From NCBI GenBank assembly GCA_016181765.1, contig JACOYR010000004.1, positions 35,320 to 99,319 of the forward strand: a stretch of 64,000 nucleotides of DNA. The letters run 5' to 3'. The DNA comes from Parcubacteria group bacterium (GTDB lineage Bacteria > Patescibacteriota > Patescibacteriia > UBA2169). This document shows, one piece after another, positions 1 through 9,334 of this stretch (the first letter of the stretch is position 1; each line of letters opens with the position of its first letter). The position numbers and the translations under genes were made by a program. The notes under the pieces are model-generated. The model saw nothing but the letters and a program-made list of their open reading frames with translations, was not told the origin of the DNA and searched no databases.

Positions 1-1031
1 CCTGCGCCCATAAACAGCATGTCGGAGTTCCCGGGGTACAGGGCAAGCTCCGTAGCTGTCCGGGTCGTGGGAAGGGGCCGCGGAATCCAGTTGAACCCGC
101 CGTCCAGGGAGTGGTACAGGGTGGACGTGGTCCCGTAGAAAATCTCAAGCGGATTCTCCTGGTTTACCGCAACTGAATATATGTTAGCGTCCCGCGGACC
201 CGAAATCAAGGGCAAACTGGTCCAGTCCTCCCCATGGTTCAGGCTCCGCAGGAGCCCGTAGCGCGAAGCGTACACAATGCCGGATGGAACGAGCGCGTAG
301 CCGCGCGGGTCATTGGCGCCCGCAAAAGGCTTGAACTCCTCTTCAAAGTAGGACCAGTGCTCCCCCGCATCTTCGGAACGCGCGAGGCCCCTGCCGGAAA
401 CAAGCGCATACATAGTCTGGTCGCGCTGCGGGTGGAACTGCATGCGGGTGAGCGTAGTACCTGTGCCGAGCGATGCGTGCACGCGCCAGGATATGCCGGA
501 GTCGTCCGAAACCAGCAGATCGCCGATGCTCGTGGCCGCGTACACGGTCGCGGTGCGGCCGGGGCGCAGGGCAACGCTCGTGATGAGTATGCCCGGATTG
601 TCGCTGGTGTAGACGCTCTTCCACGTCACGCCCTCATCCGTTGACAGCGCTACTGTTGCGCCAACCGCCGCATAGATGCGGCTCGGGTTCTCGGGGTGTA
701 TGGCTATGTCAGCCACTCCGGTGTTCGGCAGGACCAAATCCCAAAAATGCCCCTGGTTCCACGAAAACCACAGCCCGCTCTTCTCGCTGATTGCGAACAG
801 TTTGCGCGGATCAGCCGGCGAGAACACGAACCGCGCGATATTCACCTCGCTGATGGTCTTCTCTGAAACGCGGTCCTTGTATATGGTTGAGCGCTGTTCC
901 CACGCCTCTCCATCGCTTGCGGAAACCCACACCCCGCCGTCAGACGCCGCAAGATTAGATCGTCCCGGCGTGCATGCCGCTCCGAGGAACAATGGAAATG
1001 CCAGTATGATGGCAAGTGATAAGGCGCGCAT
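1..1031 (-). CDS. BNR/Asp-box repeat (beta-propeller, Ycf48/sialidase-like) lipoprotein; C-terminal part runs off the window start
   Basis: ATG at 1031..1029 on the minus strand. It is missing from the ORF track because there is no stop codon inside the window. My translation begins MRALSLAIILAFPLFLGAAC (signal peptide with a lipobox-like Cys). Four Asp-box motifs of the SxDxGxTW type follow: STDEGVTW, SDDSGISW, SEDAGEHW, SLDGGFNW. Confidence 0.7.
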   Translation of the reverse strand, partial: MRALSLAIILAFPLFLGAACTPGRSNLAASDGGVWVSASDGEAWEQRSTIYKDRVSEKTISEVNIARFVFSPADPRKLFAISEKSGLWFSWNQGHFWDLVLPNTGVADIAIHPENPSRIYAAVGATVALSTDEGVTWKSVYTSDNPGILITSVALRPGRTATVYAATSIGDLLVSDDSGISWRVHASLGTGTTLTRMQFHPQRDQTMYALVSGRGLARSEDAGEHWSYFEEEFKPFAGANDPRGYALVPSGIVYASRYGLLRSLNHGEDWTSLPLISGPRDANIYSVAVNQENPLEIFYGTTSTLYHSLDGGFNWIPRPLPTTRTATELALYPGNSDMLFMGA

Positions 1032-1040
1032 ATTTTGTTT

Positions 1041-1814
1041 TTATAGTGAAATGATGAGGCGCTCCGCAACGAGCTGCCAGTTGCGCGCCTTGGGGTATGC
1101 CAAGGCCCGGATGAGGTCGCGCATGGCGCGGGCCAATGATTTTGAACGTGTTCCGGAAAGCCGGGAGCGCAGCTTGGGAAGCGCTTCCTGGAGCCAGGAG
1201 CGGATGTCGCCTTGGACGATGCCCGCGGAAAGCCACAAGCGCATGCGCGCAGGCGCCGAATCTGCCGCAAGCAGGGAGTGGATCAGGTGCTCCGGGCCGG
1301 TCGCGGGCCTATCCTCCCGCTCCGGGGCAACATGCAGGGCCACCACGCGCGAATACACAGTGGGAAGGATGCGCTTTGCATGATTTAAGAGCAAAAAAAT
1401 GTACGTACTATCGCTTGGCTCCTCCAAAATTTTCAAAAACGCATTCTGGGCTTCAGTGTTTAAGGTGTGCGCCTGGTTGATGATGAGCGCCTTTTTATCC
1501 GCGGCAAGGGGGGTCAGGGAAAGCCAGGACCGCGCCTCGCGCACCGTGCCGATGGTTATCACGTCTTCCTCCGGCCCAATGATTTTGATATCCGGATGCG
1601 CCATTGAATCAGCCGGAAAAAAATCTTTCAAGAACAGCCCAAGCAGTTCCATCTTGCCCGAATTCTCGGGCCCGATGAGCGCGTAGCCGTGCGCCAGCGT
1701 TTTGTTCTCTGATGCATGGTGCAGGTAAGAAAGAATATCCTGGTGCATGCATCCATTATACAAATAATTATGCAGGTGCGTCAAGGAAAAAGGTGTCAGG
1801 TACCTTTTTTTCAC
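1041..1814 (-). CDS. holB: DNA polymerase III delta-prime subunit (AAA+ clamp-loader)
   Basis: 257 aa ORF. It has a Walker-A-like GPENSGK motif, HAYLF-like HGYALIGP and the SRC-like YSRV motif, with the length typical of HolB. The true start may be an internal Met. Confidence 0.7.
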   Translation of the reverse strand: MKKRYLTPFSLTHLHNYLYNGCMHQDILSYLHHASENKTLAHGYALIGPENSGKMELLGLFLKDFFPADSMAHPDIKIIGPEEDVITIGTVREARSWLSLTPLAADKKALIINQAHTLNTEAQNAFLKILEEPSDSTYIFLLLNHAKRILPTVYSRVVALHVAPEREDRPATGPEHLIHSLLAADSAPARMRLWLSAGIVQGDIRSWLQEALPKLRSRLSGTRSKSLARAMRDLIRALAYPKARNWQLVAERLIISL

Positions 1815-1862
1815 CGTGGTACAGGGCTCTCATTTTTTTAACATGCACCTCAAGGTGAACGT

Positions 1863-2876
1863 TTAGCTGGTCGCGAGAATAGAGCGCTTGTAGGACTCAA
1901 GGTTTTCCAAAGCCACGCCCGTGCCCTTTGCCACGCACAGCAGAGCTTCGTCCGCGGTGTAGGCAGGCACGCCGGTTGCCTGGGCAATCAAGCGGTCCAT
2001 GTTCCGCAGGAGCGATGAACCGCCGGACAACACAATTCCCTTATCTATCACGTCCGCGGAAAGTTCCGGCGGCGTGCTCTGGAGCACGGTTTTGACGGAC
2101 GAGATGATGCCTTCCAGTTCAGCCTGGATTGCCTCGGTCACGTCATCGGACGACACCGTGACCGTGCGCGGCAAGCCCGACACCATGTCCCTGCCGCGCA
2201 CCTCGCTTGACATCTTCTTCTGCAGATACAAAGCAGAGCCGATGCTGATCTTGATTTCCTCGGCGCTGCGCTCGCCGATGGCCAGGTTGTACTTCTTGCG
2301 GATGTGCTCCATGATGGCCGCGTCAAACCGGTTCCCGCCGATGCGCACCGAGTTGTTTGCCACGATTCCGCCCAGCGAGATGACGGCCATTTCGCTCGTG
2401 CCGCCGCCCAGGTCTATGATCATGTGCCCGCTTGCGGAGCCAATTGGAATATTCGCGCCTATTGCCGCGGCAATGGGCTCTTTGATGATGTATGCCGCTT
2501 TTGCGCCTGCGGCAATGGTCGCGTCAATCACGGCTCTCCGCTCGGTTGAGGTGATGCCCGCAGGAACCGCAACCATCACCTCGGGCCGAAACAGCCGGAT
2601 GGATCCCACTGCCTTGTTGATGAAGTACTTGAGCATGGCCTCGGTGGTCTTGTAGTCCGCAATCACGCCCTCGCGCAAAGGCCGGGACGCCACAATGGTG
2701 TCCGGCGTGCGCCCGAGCATTTCCTTTGCCTCATCCCCCACTGCCAAGACCTCGCGGTCGCGCACCGACACCGCAACTACCGAAGGCTCGTTCAGGATAA
2801 TGCCTTTTCCGGGCACGTGCACCAGGGTGTTGGCCGTGCCCAGGTCAATGCCGATTTTTGATACAAACAGGCTCAT
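1863..2876 (-). CDS. mreB: rod shape-determining actin homologue MreB
   Basis: 337 aa. N-terminus GIDLGTANTLV, the phosphate-2 motif DLGGGTSE and overall MreB/actin-fold conservation. Confidence 0.9.
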   Translation of the reverse strand: MSLFVSKIGIDLGTANTLVHVPGKGIILNEPSVVAVSVRDREVLAVGDEAKEMLGRTPDTIVASRPLREGVIADYKTTEAMLKYFINKAVGSIRLFRPEVMVAVPAGITSTERRAVIDATIAAGAKAAYIIKEPIAAAIGANIPIGSASGHMIIDLGGGTSEMAVISLGGIVANNSVRIGGNRFDAAIMEHIRKKYNLAIGERSAEEIKISIGSALYLQKKMSSEVRGRDMVSGLPRTVTVSSDDVTEAIQAELEGIISSVKTVLQSTPPELSADVIDKGIVLSGGSSLLRNMDRLIAQATGVPAYTADEALLCVAKGTGVALENLESYKRSILATS

Positions 2877-2978
2877 AGTGAAGTCTTAACGTCAGTTCAT
2901 CTTATGCTTTTGAGCAGCGCGCGTCAAGCCAAAAACGCCCCGTTCAGAACCTCTGCTCCCGCGCCGGGCCTGCCACTC

Positions 2979-4886
2979 TTACTTTGTGAGCGTGATGGTG
3001 CGGTCGCGAGCCAGGTCCCACGCGCCCTGCACGCGGTTGCCTGATTCTTTATCCAGAACTTTTTGGGGTTCTCTCCGGTTGATGTTGAAAGGTACGGCGA
3101 GGTCAAGTTCTAATTGATGAGGAGTTGTTCCTCCCTGCTTTTGAATATACAGCGAGTATCGGCCCTCGGCAATGCGGCTCGCGAGTTCTTTCGGCAAGGT
3201 ATAGGTAAACGACAGAGTCTCCGAGGTGAGAGGCTCAATGGAAATGAACGTGCCGAACACAGTCTTTCCGTGCTCATCCGAAACCGCAACCGGCTCCTCG
3301 TTGCCCCGGGCCGCCACAAAGGTTGAGCCGCGGGGCACGTACAGCCGGGTGTAGGTCCGGTAGCGCGTGGTCTTCCAGTCAAAATCTCCGGTGTGCTCGT
3401 AGGTGACGGAAACCGTTGCGCTCATCTTCCCGTCCGCGCCCGGCGCTAATGCGTAGCTAATGGTTCGGTTGATGGCGGGATCGCTCTTGAGGCTGCCCAG
3501 ATTGGCATCAACCACGAAAAAGTAATCCCCGTCCGCGGGCGCCACCTGGCCCGCCCACTGCATGCTCTCTGCCAGGCGCTGCGCTACTTCGTCCTCAAAG
3601 TACACCAAGAGCTGCCGTTCGCCCAAAGCATCAAGCACAATGGGCACGAGCAAACGAAGCTGGTCCAGAGACATACTGAATACCTTTTCCTTGAGCTCGC
3701 GGGCCACGTCATCAATGATCTCCTTGCGGTTGTAGATGGTAATGCCCTCGCCCTTAAACCCAAGCTCAACGTGGTACGCGAGCTCATCAATCAGGTTTTG
3801 CGAAGTGAATTCCTTGCCGTTGACCGCAATCGGCCCGAGCACGCCCATCAATTCCTCCACAACCGTAGGGGTCAGAGCAATCACCCCGTCAAACCGAGAT
3901 ACCGGGCCGCGCTCATCTTTGTAAAACTGGATTGCGCGGGCCGCTGATGTGGGGAAATCCGGATCCCAGTTTGAATCCCTCAAAAACCACTGCGACTGCT
4001 TGATGTACCGCTGCAAGGGCGCGGGAGGGATCTTTTCGTTGTATGCTTTGGCCGGCTCATCCAGGTTATACACGTTGTCTGTGGTAAACGAAACCACGCC
4101 CGCGTTGCGGACCCGCAACACGCCGTACGTGCCAATGAACCCGCCGGTCGGCCGCAGCTCTGTATTATTCTGCAGGAGCAGGAGGTACGTCTTTTCGCCG
4201 GGGTACCCAAGCACGCGCGGGGCAGCCCCAATCCACGGGGACATGCGGTTAAACACGGTCTGGCCCGCCAAGAGCTTTTCCGAGAGCTGGTTTATTTTTG
4301 AATTTATTGATGAAAACCGCGTAGTGCGGCGCGCGTCTTCCAAAAACACCAGCGCCAAACCGGTCTGGTTGGCAACGCGCTCCCAAAGCACGGTTGAATC
4401 GCTTATCGCTTTCAAAAAAGCGGCTTTATCCTGCTCTGTAAGCTCGCTAAAAGAATTAACGCTCGTCTCTGACAACAGGGGCACTCCCTCTGCCCACAGG
4501 ATAACCGGCCGGGCAGACGCCAGCGAGAGCTTGCCCGCGGCGATGAGCGACCGGACGGACGCAGCTTCGTTTGAAACGAGCGGCAGGAGCGTAAATGGAT
4601 ACAGCTTGTCCAGGTCGCGCTCAAATTCGGAGAGATTGACTTCCGCCGCATCTAAAAGCGCTATGGTTCCCTGCCAGTCGCGGGCAGCTGCGGACGTTTT
4701 CAGGGGTTCCACCAGCCCGGCCATCTGCCGCGCATTACGGTATGCGTCTATCGCGAAATACCCGTAGTACACAACCAAAAACAGCGCAACCAGGCCCGCA
4801 GCCGCAATTCGCTGGTTTTTTTGGGGAACCAATTTCCGCATGCTCTCCCTGCTGAAATATGGCTTGAGGTCGGTAAGTTTAAGCAT
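2979..4886 (-). CDS. DUF4012-like membrane-anchored protein (cell-envelope / polysaccharide-cluster associated)
   Basis: 635 aa with an N-terminal TM helix. It contains the LLLQNNTELRPTGGFIGTYG block I associate with the DUF4012 family. It sits at the head of the glycosyltransferase cluster and overlaps the next GT2 gene by 8 nt. Confidence 0.6.
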   Translation of the reverse strand: MLKLTDLKPYFSRESMRKLVPQKNQRIAAAGLVALFLVVYYGYFAIDAYRNARQMAGLVEPLKTSAAARDWQGTIALLDAAEVNLSEFERDLDKLYPFTLLPLVSNEAASVRSLIAAGKLSLASARPVILWAEGVPLLSETSVNSFSELTEQDKAAFLKAISDSTVLWERVANQTGLALVFLEDARRTTRFSSINSKINQLSEKLLAGQTVFNRMSPWIGAAPRVLGYPGEKTYLLLLQNNTELRPTGGFIGTYGVLRVRNAGVVSFTTDNVYNLDEPAKAYNEKIPPAPLQRYIKQSQWFLRDSNWDPDFPTSAARAIQFYKDERGPVSRFDGVIALTPTVVEELMGVLGPIAVNGKEFTSQNLIDELAYHVELGFKGEGITIYNRKEIIDDVARELKEKVFSMSLDQLRLLVPIVLDALGERQLLVYFEDEVAQRLAESMQWAGQVAPADGDYFFVVDANLGSLKSDPAINRTISYALAPGADGKMSATVSVTYEHTGDFDWKTTRYRTYTRLYVPRGSTFVAARGNEEPVAVSDEHGKTVFGTFISIEPLTSETLSFTYTLPKELASRIAEGRYSLYIQKQGGTTPHQLELDLAVPFNINRREPQKVLDKESGNRVQGAWDLARDRTITLTK

Positions 4887-5715
4887 GGCGTTTTTCCGGC
4901 AGATTGAATCCCCACTTCCTAAAATATTTCAGGGCGCTCCCTAGATGTATCCAGGACATCTTGTTGAAGAACGATAAATAGAAATGGCTTGATACGGACG
5001 CGCGGCCGTGGTAGTGGATGATTTCCACATCCGAAAGGTACCGCACCTCAAAGCCTGCTTCCCAGAACCTGCGGCACCAGTCCGTGTCTTCCAGGAACAA
5101 AAAGAATCGCTCATCCATCAAGCCCACCTGTTTGATTGCCTCGCGCCGCGCGATCATGCACGAGCCCTGCACCCAGTCCACCTGCCGGTTGTCCGTGTGG
5201 TCCCAATCCATCATCAGGTACTTTTTGATTGCGCGCTGCGCGAACCCGAGCCGCGCAAGCGGCGTGCGGCGGTACATTAAAACCTGGGGCGAGGGGAAGC
5301 GGTACACAAAATACTGCAAGCTCCCGTCCGGCGAAAGCAATCGCGGACCCGCGATCCCGACGTTCGGGTTTGCGTCCATATAATCCGCCATTGCCTTGAG
5401 GGAGTTGTCCCAGATCACGATATCCGGATTCATGATGAGCGCATACCGCCCAGCCGAACGGCTGATGCCCAGATTATTGCCCGCGGAAAACCCCTTGTTC
5501 TCTTTAGACTCCAAAAGCTTGACCTGCGGAAACCGCGGCAAAATCTTTTCTTTGATATACGCAACCGACCCGTCCGTGGACGCGTTGTCCACGATGACAA
5601 TTTCATAATCAAGATCCGCGGTATGTTGAACCATGCCCTTGATGCAGGGCAGGAGGAAATCCTTGGTGTTGTAATTAAGTATGATGGCTGACAGGTCCAT
5701 ATTTTCGGATGTCAT
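4879..5715 (-). CDS. family 2 glycosyltransferase
   Basis: 278 aa. Motif EIVIVDNASTDGS, a DxD-type motif and GT2 length. The ATG at 5715..5713 lies inside a TGTCAT repeat element. Confidence 0.85.
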   Translation of the reverse strand: MTSENMDLSAIILNYNTKDFLLPCIKGMVQHTADLDYEIVIVDNASTDGSVAYIKEKILPRFPQVKLLESKENKGFSAGNNLGISRSAGRYALIMNPDIVIWDNSLKAMADYMDANPNVGIAGPRLLSPDGSLQYFVYRFPSPQVLMYRRTPLARLGFAQRAIKKYLMMDWDHTDNRQVDWVQGSCMIARREAIKQVGLMDERFFLFLEDTDWCRRFWEAGFEVRYLSDVEIIHYHGRASVSSHFYLSFFNKMSWIHLGSALKYFRKWGFNLPEKRHA

Positions 5716-5770
5716 TGCGAAGCGCCAATGAGGCGCTGAAGCAATCCTTGTCCCGAGCGAAGCGTGGGGA

Positions 5771-6655
5771 TTATCGTCGCAATAGGGGTACGTATATAAA
5801 TTTAAGCAGTTCGTACACGGCTACAAACGGCATGCGCCACCAGTCTCTCCATGAGAGATTTTTTTTGAGCATCAGCAAATGGTTCTTGTAACTCTCTTCT
5901 TTGGCCCAATCGTGCCGTGACTTCCTGTTACCTTTTGAGACCGCTCGTTGATGGAGAGCCATTGCTTTTATAGCTAGTCTTGATTCATAGCCCGTGCGAT
6001 TTAGCCGCCAGGCAAGGTCAGCGTCCTCTTTGTACATCCAAAACCTCTCGTCAAAGATGCCGTACTTATCTTTGGCTGATTCCAAGGCCGAAAGCCTATA
6101 AAGCGCGCATGCCCCGGACACGCCCCAGACCCTCTCTGTGGGCTCAAATTTTGCGTTTTCAAGCTTGTTTTCGCCAGTATTGGCCACCTGGCCCCAAGGC
6201 AGTATTTTAATGCCCAGTGAGTCAATTATGCCAGATTTTTGGCCAAAAGGCAATATTTTATAGGTTTTGGGGGCTACCGCGGCTATCCGACTTCCCCCCC
6301 CTGTAATCAGGGGGGGATTAAAGGGGGGGTCTGCCTCCATTTTAGCAACCATCTCCTTGAGGCACCCTTCTTGCAGTTCCACATCCGGATTCAACACTAA
6401 AACATACGGCGCTGCGCACTCCGCAAATCCTTGATTGTGCGCCCTTGCAAATCCCTTGTTGTCGTTATTGGTGATGACGCGAACTTCGGGATGATATTTT
6501 CGAACCCAATCAAGTGTCCCATCTGTTGATGCGTTGTCAATCACAAGAATATCAAAATCAACACCCTGCTGTTTTGCGATTCCCCTAAACAGGCGCTCAA
6601 GGTGTTCTTGCGAATTGTGTGTAACAATCTGGATTTGAACTTTCGGCATAATCAA
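5771..6655 (-). CDS. family 2 glycosyltransferase
   Basis: 294 aa with motif ILVIDNASTDGT. It contains an in-frame C8/G7 hairpin insertion encoding EADPPFNPPLITGGGS. Its ATG overlaps the hicA stop (ATGA). Confidence 0.85.
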   Translation of the reverse strand: MIMPKVQIQIVTHNSQEHLERLFRGIAKQQGVDFDILVIDNASTDGTLDWVRKYHPEVRVITNNDNKGFARAHNQGFAECAAPYVLVLNPDVELQEGCLKEMVAKMEADPPFNPPLITGGGSRIAAVAPKTYKILPFGQKSGIIDSLGIKILPWGQVANTGENKLENAKFEPTERVWGVSGACALYRLSALESAKDKYGIFDERFWMYKEDADLAWRLNRTGYESRLAIKAMALHQRAVSKGNRKSRHDWAKEESYKNHLLMLKKNLSWRDWWRMPFVAVYELLKFIYVPLLRR

Positions 6656-6879
6656 GAGTTAAGCAATTCAAAATACCGCTCCCTGCTCATGCCAGCGGTT
6701 TTGAGCAGGCCCTCTATGATATACACCGGAACCTGCCGATACATAGGGATGATGAGCGAACGCTTAGTGCCTGTCTTGTCATATACCAAATGGTCGCCCC
6801 TGGTTCTGATATGCGTGAAACCGTCCCGTACGAACACGTGCACCAGCTCCCTCCAATGTACCGGCGCCATCCTGGGCAT
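6652..6879 (-). CDS. hicA: HicA-family toxin (YcfA-like mRNA interferase)
   Basis: 75 aa. The sequence ELVHVFVRDGFTHIRTRGDHLVYDKTGTKRSLIIPMYRQVPVYIIEGLLKTAGMS matches the HicA/YcfA pattern (GSH-like RGDH, then PxH-type IP). Confidence 0.75.
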   Translation of the reverse strand: MPRMAPVHWRELVHVFVRDGFTHIRTRGDHLVYDKTGTKRSLIIPMYRQVPVYIIEGLLKTAGMSRERYFELLNS

Positions 6880-6882
6880 ACG

Positions 6883-7170
6883 CTAAATCGCCACGCTCAT
6901 CTTTTCGTGCTTGACAATCTCCGGAGGTTTCCACTCTTGATCGTACGTAAAACCCAGTTCTTCTAGTACATCCTTAGTCGTACCTTTACGTTCTGTCTCC
7001 TCGAAAAAAATCTCCGTGACTTCCTGTATATTTTTCCAGGCTTCCTCGACTGTATACCCGCACGACGAAAGCTGCAACAAAGGAATGTGTGCCACATACA
7101 TATCTCCTTCTTTCCAGATTTGGGTGTCCAGTTGCACAAATGATGACTGCATACGCCCACAGTATATCAA
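6883..7170 (-). CDS. hicB: HicB-family antitoxin (UPF0150-like N-terminal domain)
   Basis: 95 aa (or 89 aa from the second Met). It lies 3 nt upstream of hicA. The sequence YVAHIPLL..GYTVEEAWKNIQEVTEIFFEE is typical of HicB/UPF0150. It overlaps the 3' end of the Wzy-like gene by 4 nt. Confidence 0.7.
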   Translation of the reverse strand: MIYCGRMQSSFVQLDTQIWKEGDMYVAHIPLLQLSSCGYTVEEAWKNIQEVTEIFFEETERKGTTKDVLEELGFTYDQEWKPPEIVKHEKMSVAI

Positions 7171-8705
7171 GTATCCTGCTTTTTATCAACCAACCCCGTC
7201 ACCAACATCACGATGCTGATTCCTAAGGGATGGTTCAAGTACGGGCTTACGCCATGCGTGAGCACAACTGCAACAAGCCCGGCTAATGCGCCCAAGATGA
7301 AATAGTTCTTCTCGCGGCTCGCGATGCGCCAGCCGGACTTGAGGATGCGCCAGAGCAGATAGAGGTACGCGCCAACGCCGAGCAAGCCTATCTTCAGCCA
7401 CATCTCCAACCAGCCCAGTTCAAAGGCCGTAGTGGTGTAATTTCCGTCCGGATTATTTTTTAGCACGCGCGGGTCTTGGGATTGGTAGGTCACGCTGGTC
7501 CCGAATCCTGCGCCGAGCACCGGATGGTTCTTGATTGATTCAAGCAATGGTCGGATTTGCGCATAGCGGGACGAAACCGCTGCTTCGCCCGTGAATTTCC
7601 CGGCGCGGTTTTTTATGAGGTCAGCGTCCGCGTTGCTTGGCGGAATCGGGAACTGCATGGCAACCACGACAAGCCCTAAAGCCAATACGCCCGTGCCCGC
7701 GGTGATGGCGACAAAACGCCCGATGGTTTTGATGCGCTTGGGCATTATGACGAACAGCGCGATAATTAAAGCGACAAACGCAATAACCATTGCCAGCCAA
7801 AAACTGCGCGAAAAACTTGCAATGATGGCAGCCAAAGACAATACCAACAATCCAATAGTCATTGCGAGGCCATAGGCCGAAGCAATCTTATTGTCGCCAT
7901 AAGGCTTATTGCTTACATTAGGCTCCGTCTCGTTGTTAGGATTGCTTCGCTTCGCTCGCAATGACATAAAGAGAACACCGAGCAACATAAACACTCCGAA
8001 CACCAGCCAAATCTGGGACTGCATAAAGATGCGCGAGAGAATGGCAGTGGGATCCACGTTTGTAATTTCCGCAAGATGGCTGGCTCGCGACCATGCATAC
8101 AACACATCCTGCAATCCGAACAGTTCATGGCTGAAGATGTAAAACAAGATGACGGTCTTGGCCGCGAGGTATCCCATGGCCGCGGTTATGACAATGCCTA
8201 CGCGCCGCAGAGCGTCAGACGAAGAGAGCACATCATACATCGGAAATATCAAGGCAAAATATAAATAATTGTTGGCATCCGAAAAAACCAATCCCAGTTC
8301 ATTGCCGCGAAGTGCGCCCCATGCAATCCCCCAGCCGAGGATGACCGCAAGCGCCAAATAGGGTTTGAATAGTTTTGAATGTAAAAACTCAATCCTGCGC
8401 TTCTGCGCGGCGCGCGCTCCCCACGCCAGCATGACTGCAAGCCACAGCGCCATGCGGATTGACACCTCAAACCCGCCAATGGAAATTTCCAGCATCCTGC
8501 CGAATGAGCCAATCACCAGCTCACCAAAAACCAGCATCACCCCATGCTCAAGCCGGCGTATGGTCAAAACAATTGCGCTGACTGCAACAATGCCAAACAG
8601 CCACGCGCCTGTTTGCGGGGATGCGAATGACAGGAACGACAGCGCTTCAGCCAGAACTGCAAAAATGATTGAATATTTAAATAGAGTCATATGAGCGATT
8701 GTCAT
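7167..8705 (-). CDS. O-antigen ligase / Wzy-like polytopic membrane protein
   Basis: About 510 aa with at least 10 predicted TM helices and a large loop, as in the O-antigen ligase (Wzy_C) family. The upstream part of the ORF looks like non-coding extension. The start is uncertain (ATG 8705 or 8690). It contains an in-frame copy of the TGTCAT repeat, encoding RAKRSNPNNETEPNVSNKPYGDN. Confidence 0.65.
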   Translation of the reverse strand: MTIAHMTLFKYSIIFAVLAEALSFLSFASPQTGAWLFGIVAVSAIVLTIRRLEHGVMLVFGELVIGSFGRMLEISIGGFEVSIRMALWLAVMLAWGARAAQKRRIEFLHSKLFKPYLALAVILGWGIAWGALRGNELGLVFSDANNYLYFALIFPMYDVLSSSDALRRVGIVITAAMGYLAAKTVILFYIFSHELFGLQDVLYAWSRASHLAEITNVDPTAILSRIFMQSQIWLVFGVFMLLGVLFMSLRAKRSNPNNETEPNVSNKPYGDNKIASAYGLAMTIGLLVLSLAAIIASFSRSFWLAMVIAFVALIIALFVIMPKRIKTIGRFVAITAGTGVLALGLVVVAMQFPIPPSNADADLIKNRAGKFTGEAAVSSRYAQIRPLLESIKNHPVLGAGFGTSVTYQSQDPRVLKNNPDGNYTTTAFELGWLEMWLKIGLLGVGAYLYLLWRILKSGWRIASREKNYFILGALAGLVAVVLTHGVSPYLNHPLGISIVMLVTGLVDKKQDT

Positions 8706-8830
8706 TGCGAGGAGGCGTACTCGCCAACGAAGCAATCTTATCAGCGCGATGAGGAGGGTCATAGTAAAGACATACCTAAACGCGACGTTAAGTTTGCTTC
8801 GCCCTTGAGTACAGGGTCTCGCAATGACAA
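8700..8830. repeat. MITE-like element: two inverted ~38 nt TGTCATTGCGAG..GAAGCAATC units flanking a 54 nt core
   Basis: Left unit TGTCATTGCGAGGAGGCGTACTCGCCAACGAAGCAATC (8700-8737). Right unit in reverse orientation GTTTGCTTCGCCCTTGAGTACAGGGTCTCGCAATGACAA (8792-8830). Solo units at 5710-5747, 7939-7966 and 10889-10913. Confidence 0.6.
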
Positions 8831-8911
8831 TGGTATCATACCTTTTTTGGGCAAAAAAAACAGGGGGATCTCTCAAGACTATCCGAGAGTCCCCCTTGAT
8901 ACGCCGCAGGG

Positions 8912-9334
8912 CTACTTGCCCTTACTCCTCTTCTTTCCGCCTCCCTTGGACGCGATCAATCCTGCAATCCCACCCGTGATGGTTCCGGGTTTGGGATGGG
9001 CCTCGTCCTGCTGGGAGTGACTATGGGATGCGCCACTACCCTGCGATTTGGGCGACGGGGATGTTGGCTGTGCCCGCTTTGAACGGTCACTGGGCCGGCG
9101 CACCCTGGCCGTGTCATTCGGCGGGCCAAGCACGAGCTTCCACACCTGGACGTTGCCGCGGCCCAGACAGACCGTGCATTGGGGCGGCGCAAGCTGCAAG
9201 TCAACTTCAGCTTCATCCAGAACTGCCTGTACTTGCGGCCGCAACTTGGCGCACACCTTTTTGCACAAGCACTTGCCACTGCCTTTGCAGTGTTCACACA
9301 GCTTTGGCGTGGACACTGGTTGCCTGATTCTCAT
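8912..9334 (-). CDS. small DnaJ-type zinc-finger protein (two CxxCxGxG motifs) with C-terminal hydrophobic/poly-Lys tail
   Basis: Start ATG at 9334..9332 overlaps the stop of the upstream gene (ATGA). It carries CEHCKGSG and CTVCLGRG (canonical CxxCxGxG) plus CLCKKVC. The C-terminus is GGIAGLIASKGGGKKRSKGK. The region looks locally GC-rich. Confidence 0.55.
   Translation of the reverse strand: MRIRQPVSTPKLCEHCKGSGKCLCKKVCAKLRPQVQAVLDEAEVDLQLAPPQCTVCLGRGNVQVWKLVLGPPNDTARVRRPSDRSKRAQPTSPSPKSQGSGASHSHSQQDEAHPKPGTITGGIAGLIASKGGGKKRSKGK

Noticed and set aside
234-1383. Plus-strand ORFs 234..644 and 676..1383 at the window start
   Set aside because: They lie antisense to the long minus-strand BNR-repeat gene, which has a signal peptide and four Asp-box motifs. 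The plus-strand translations have no motifs.
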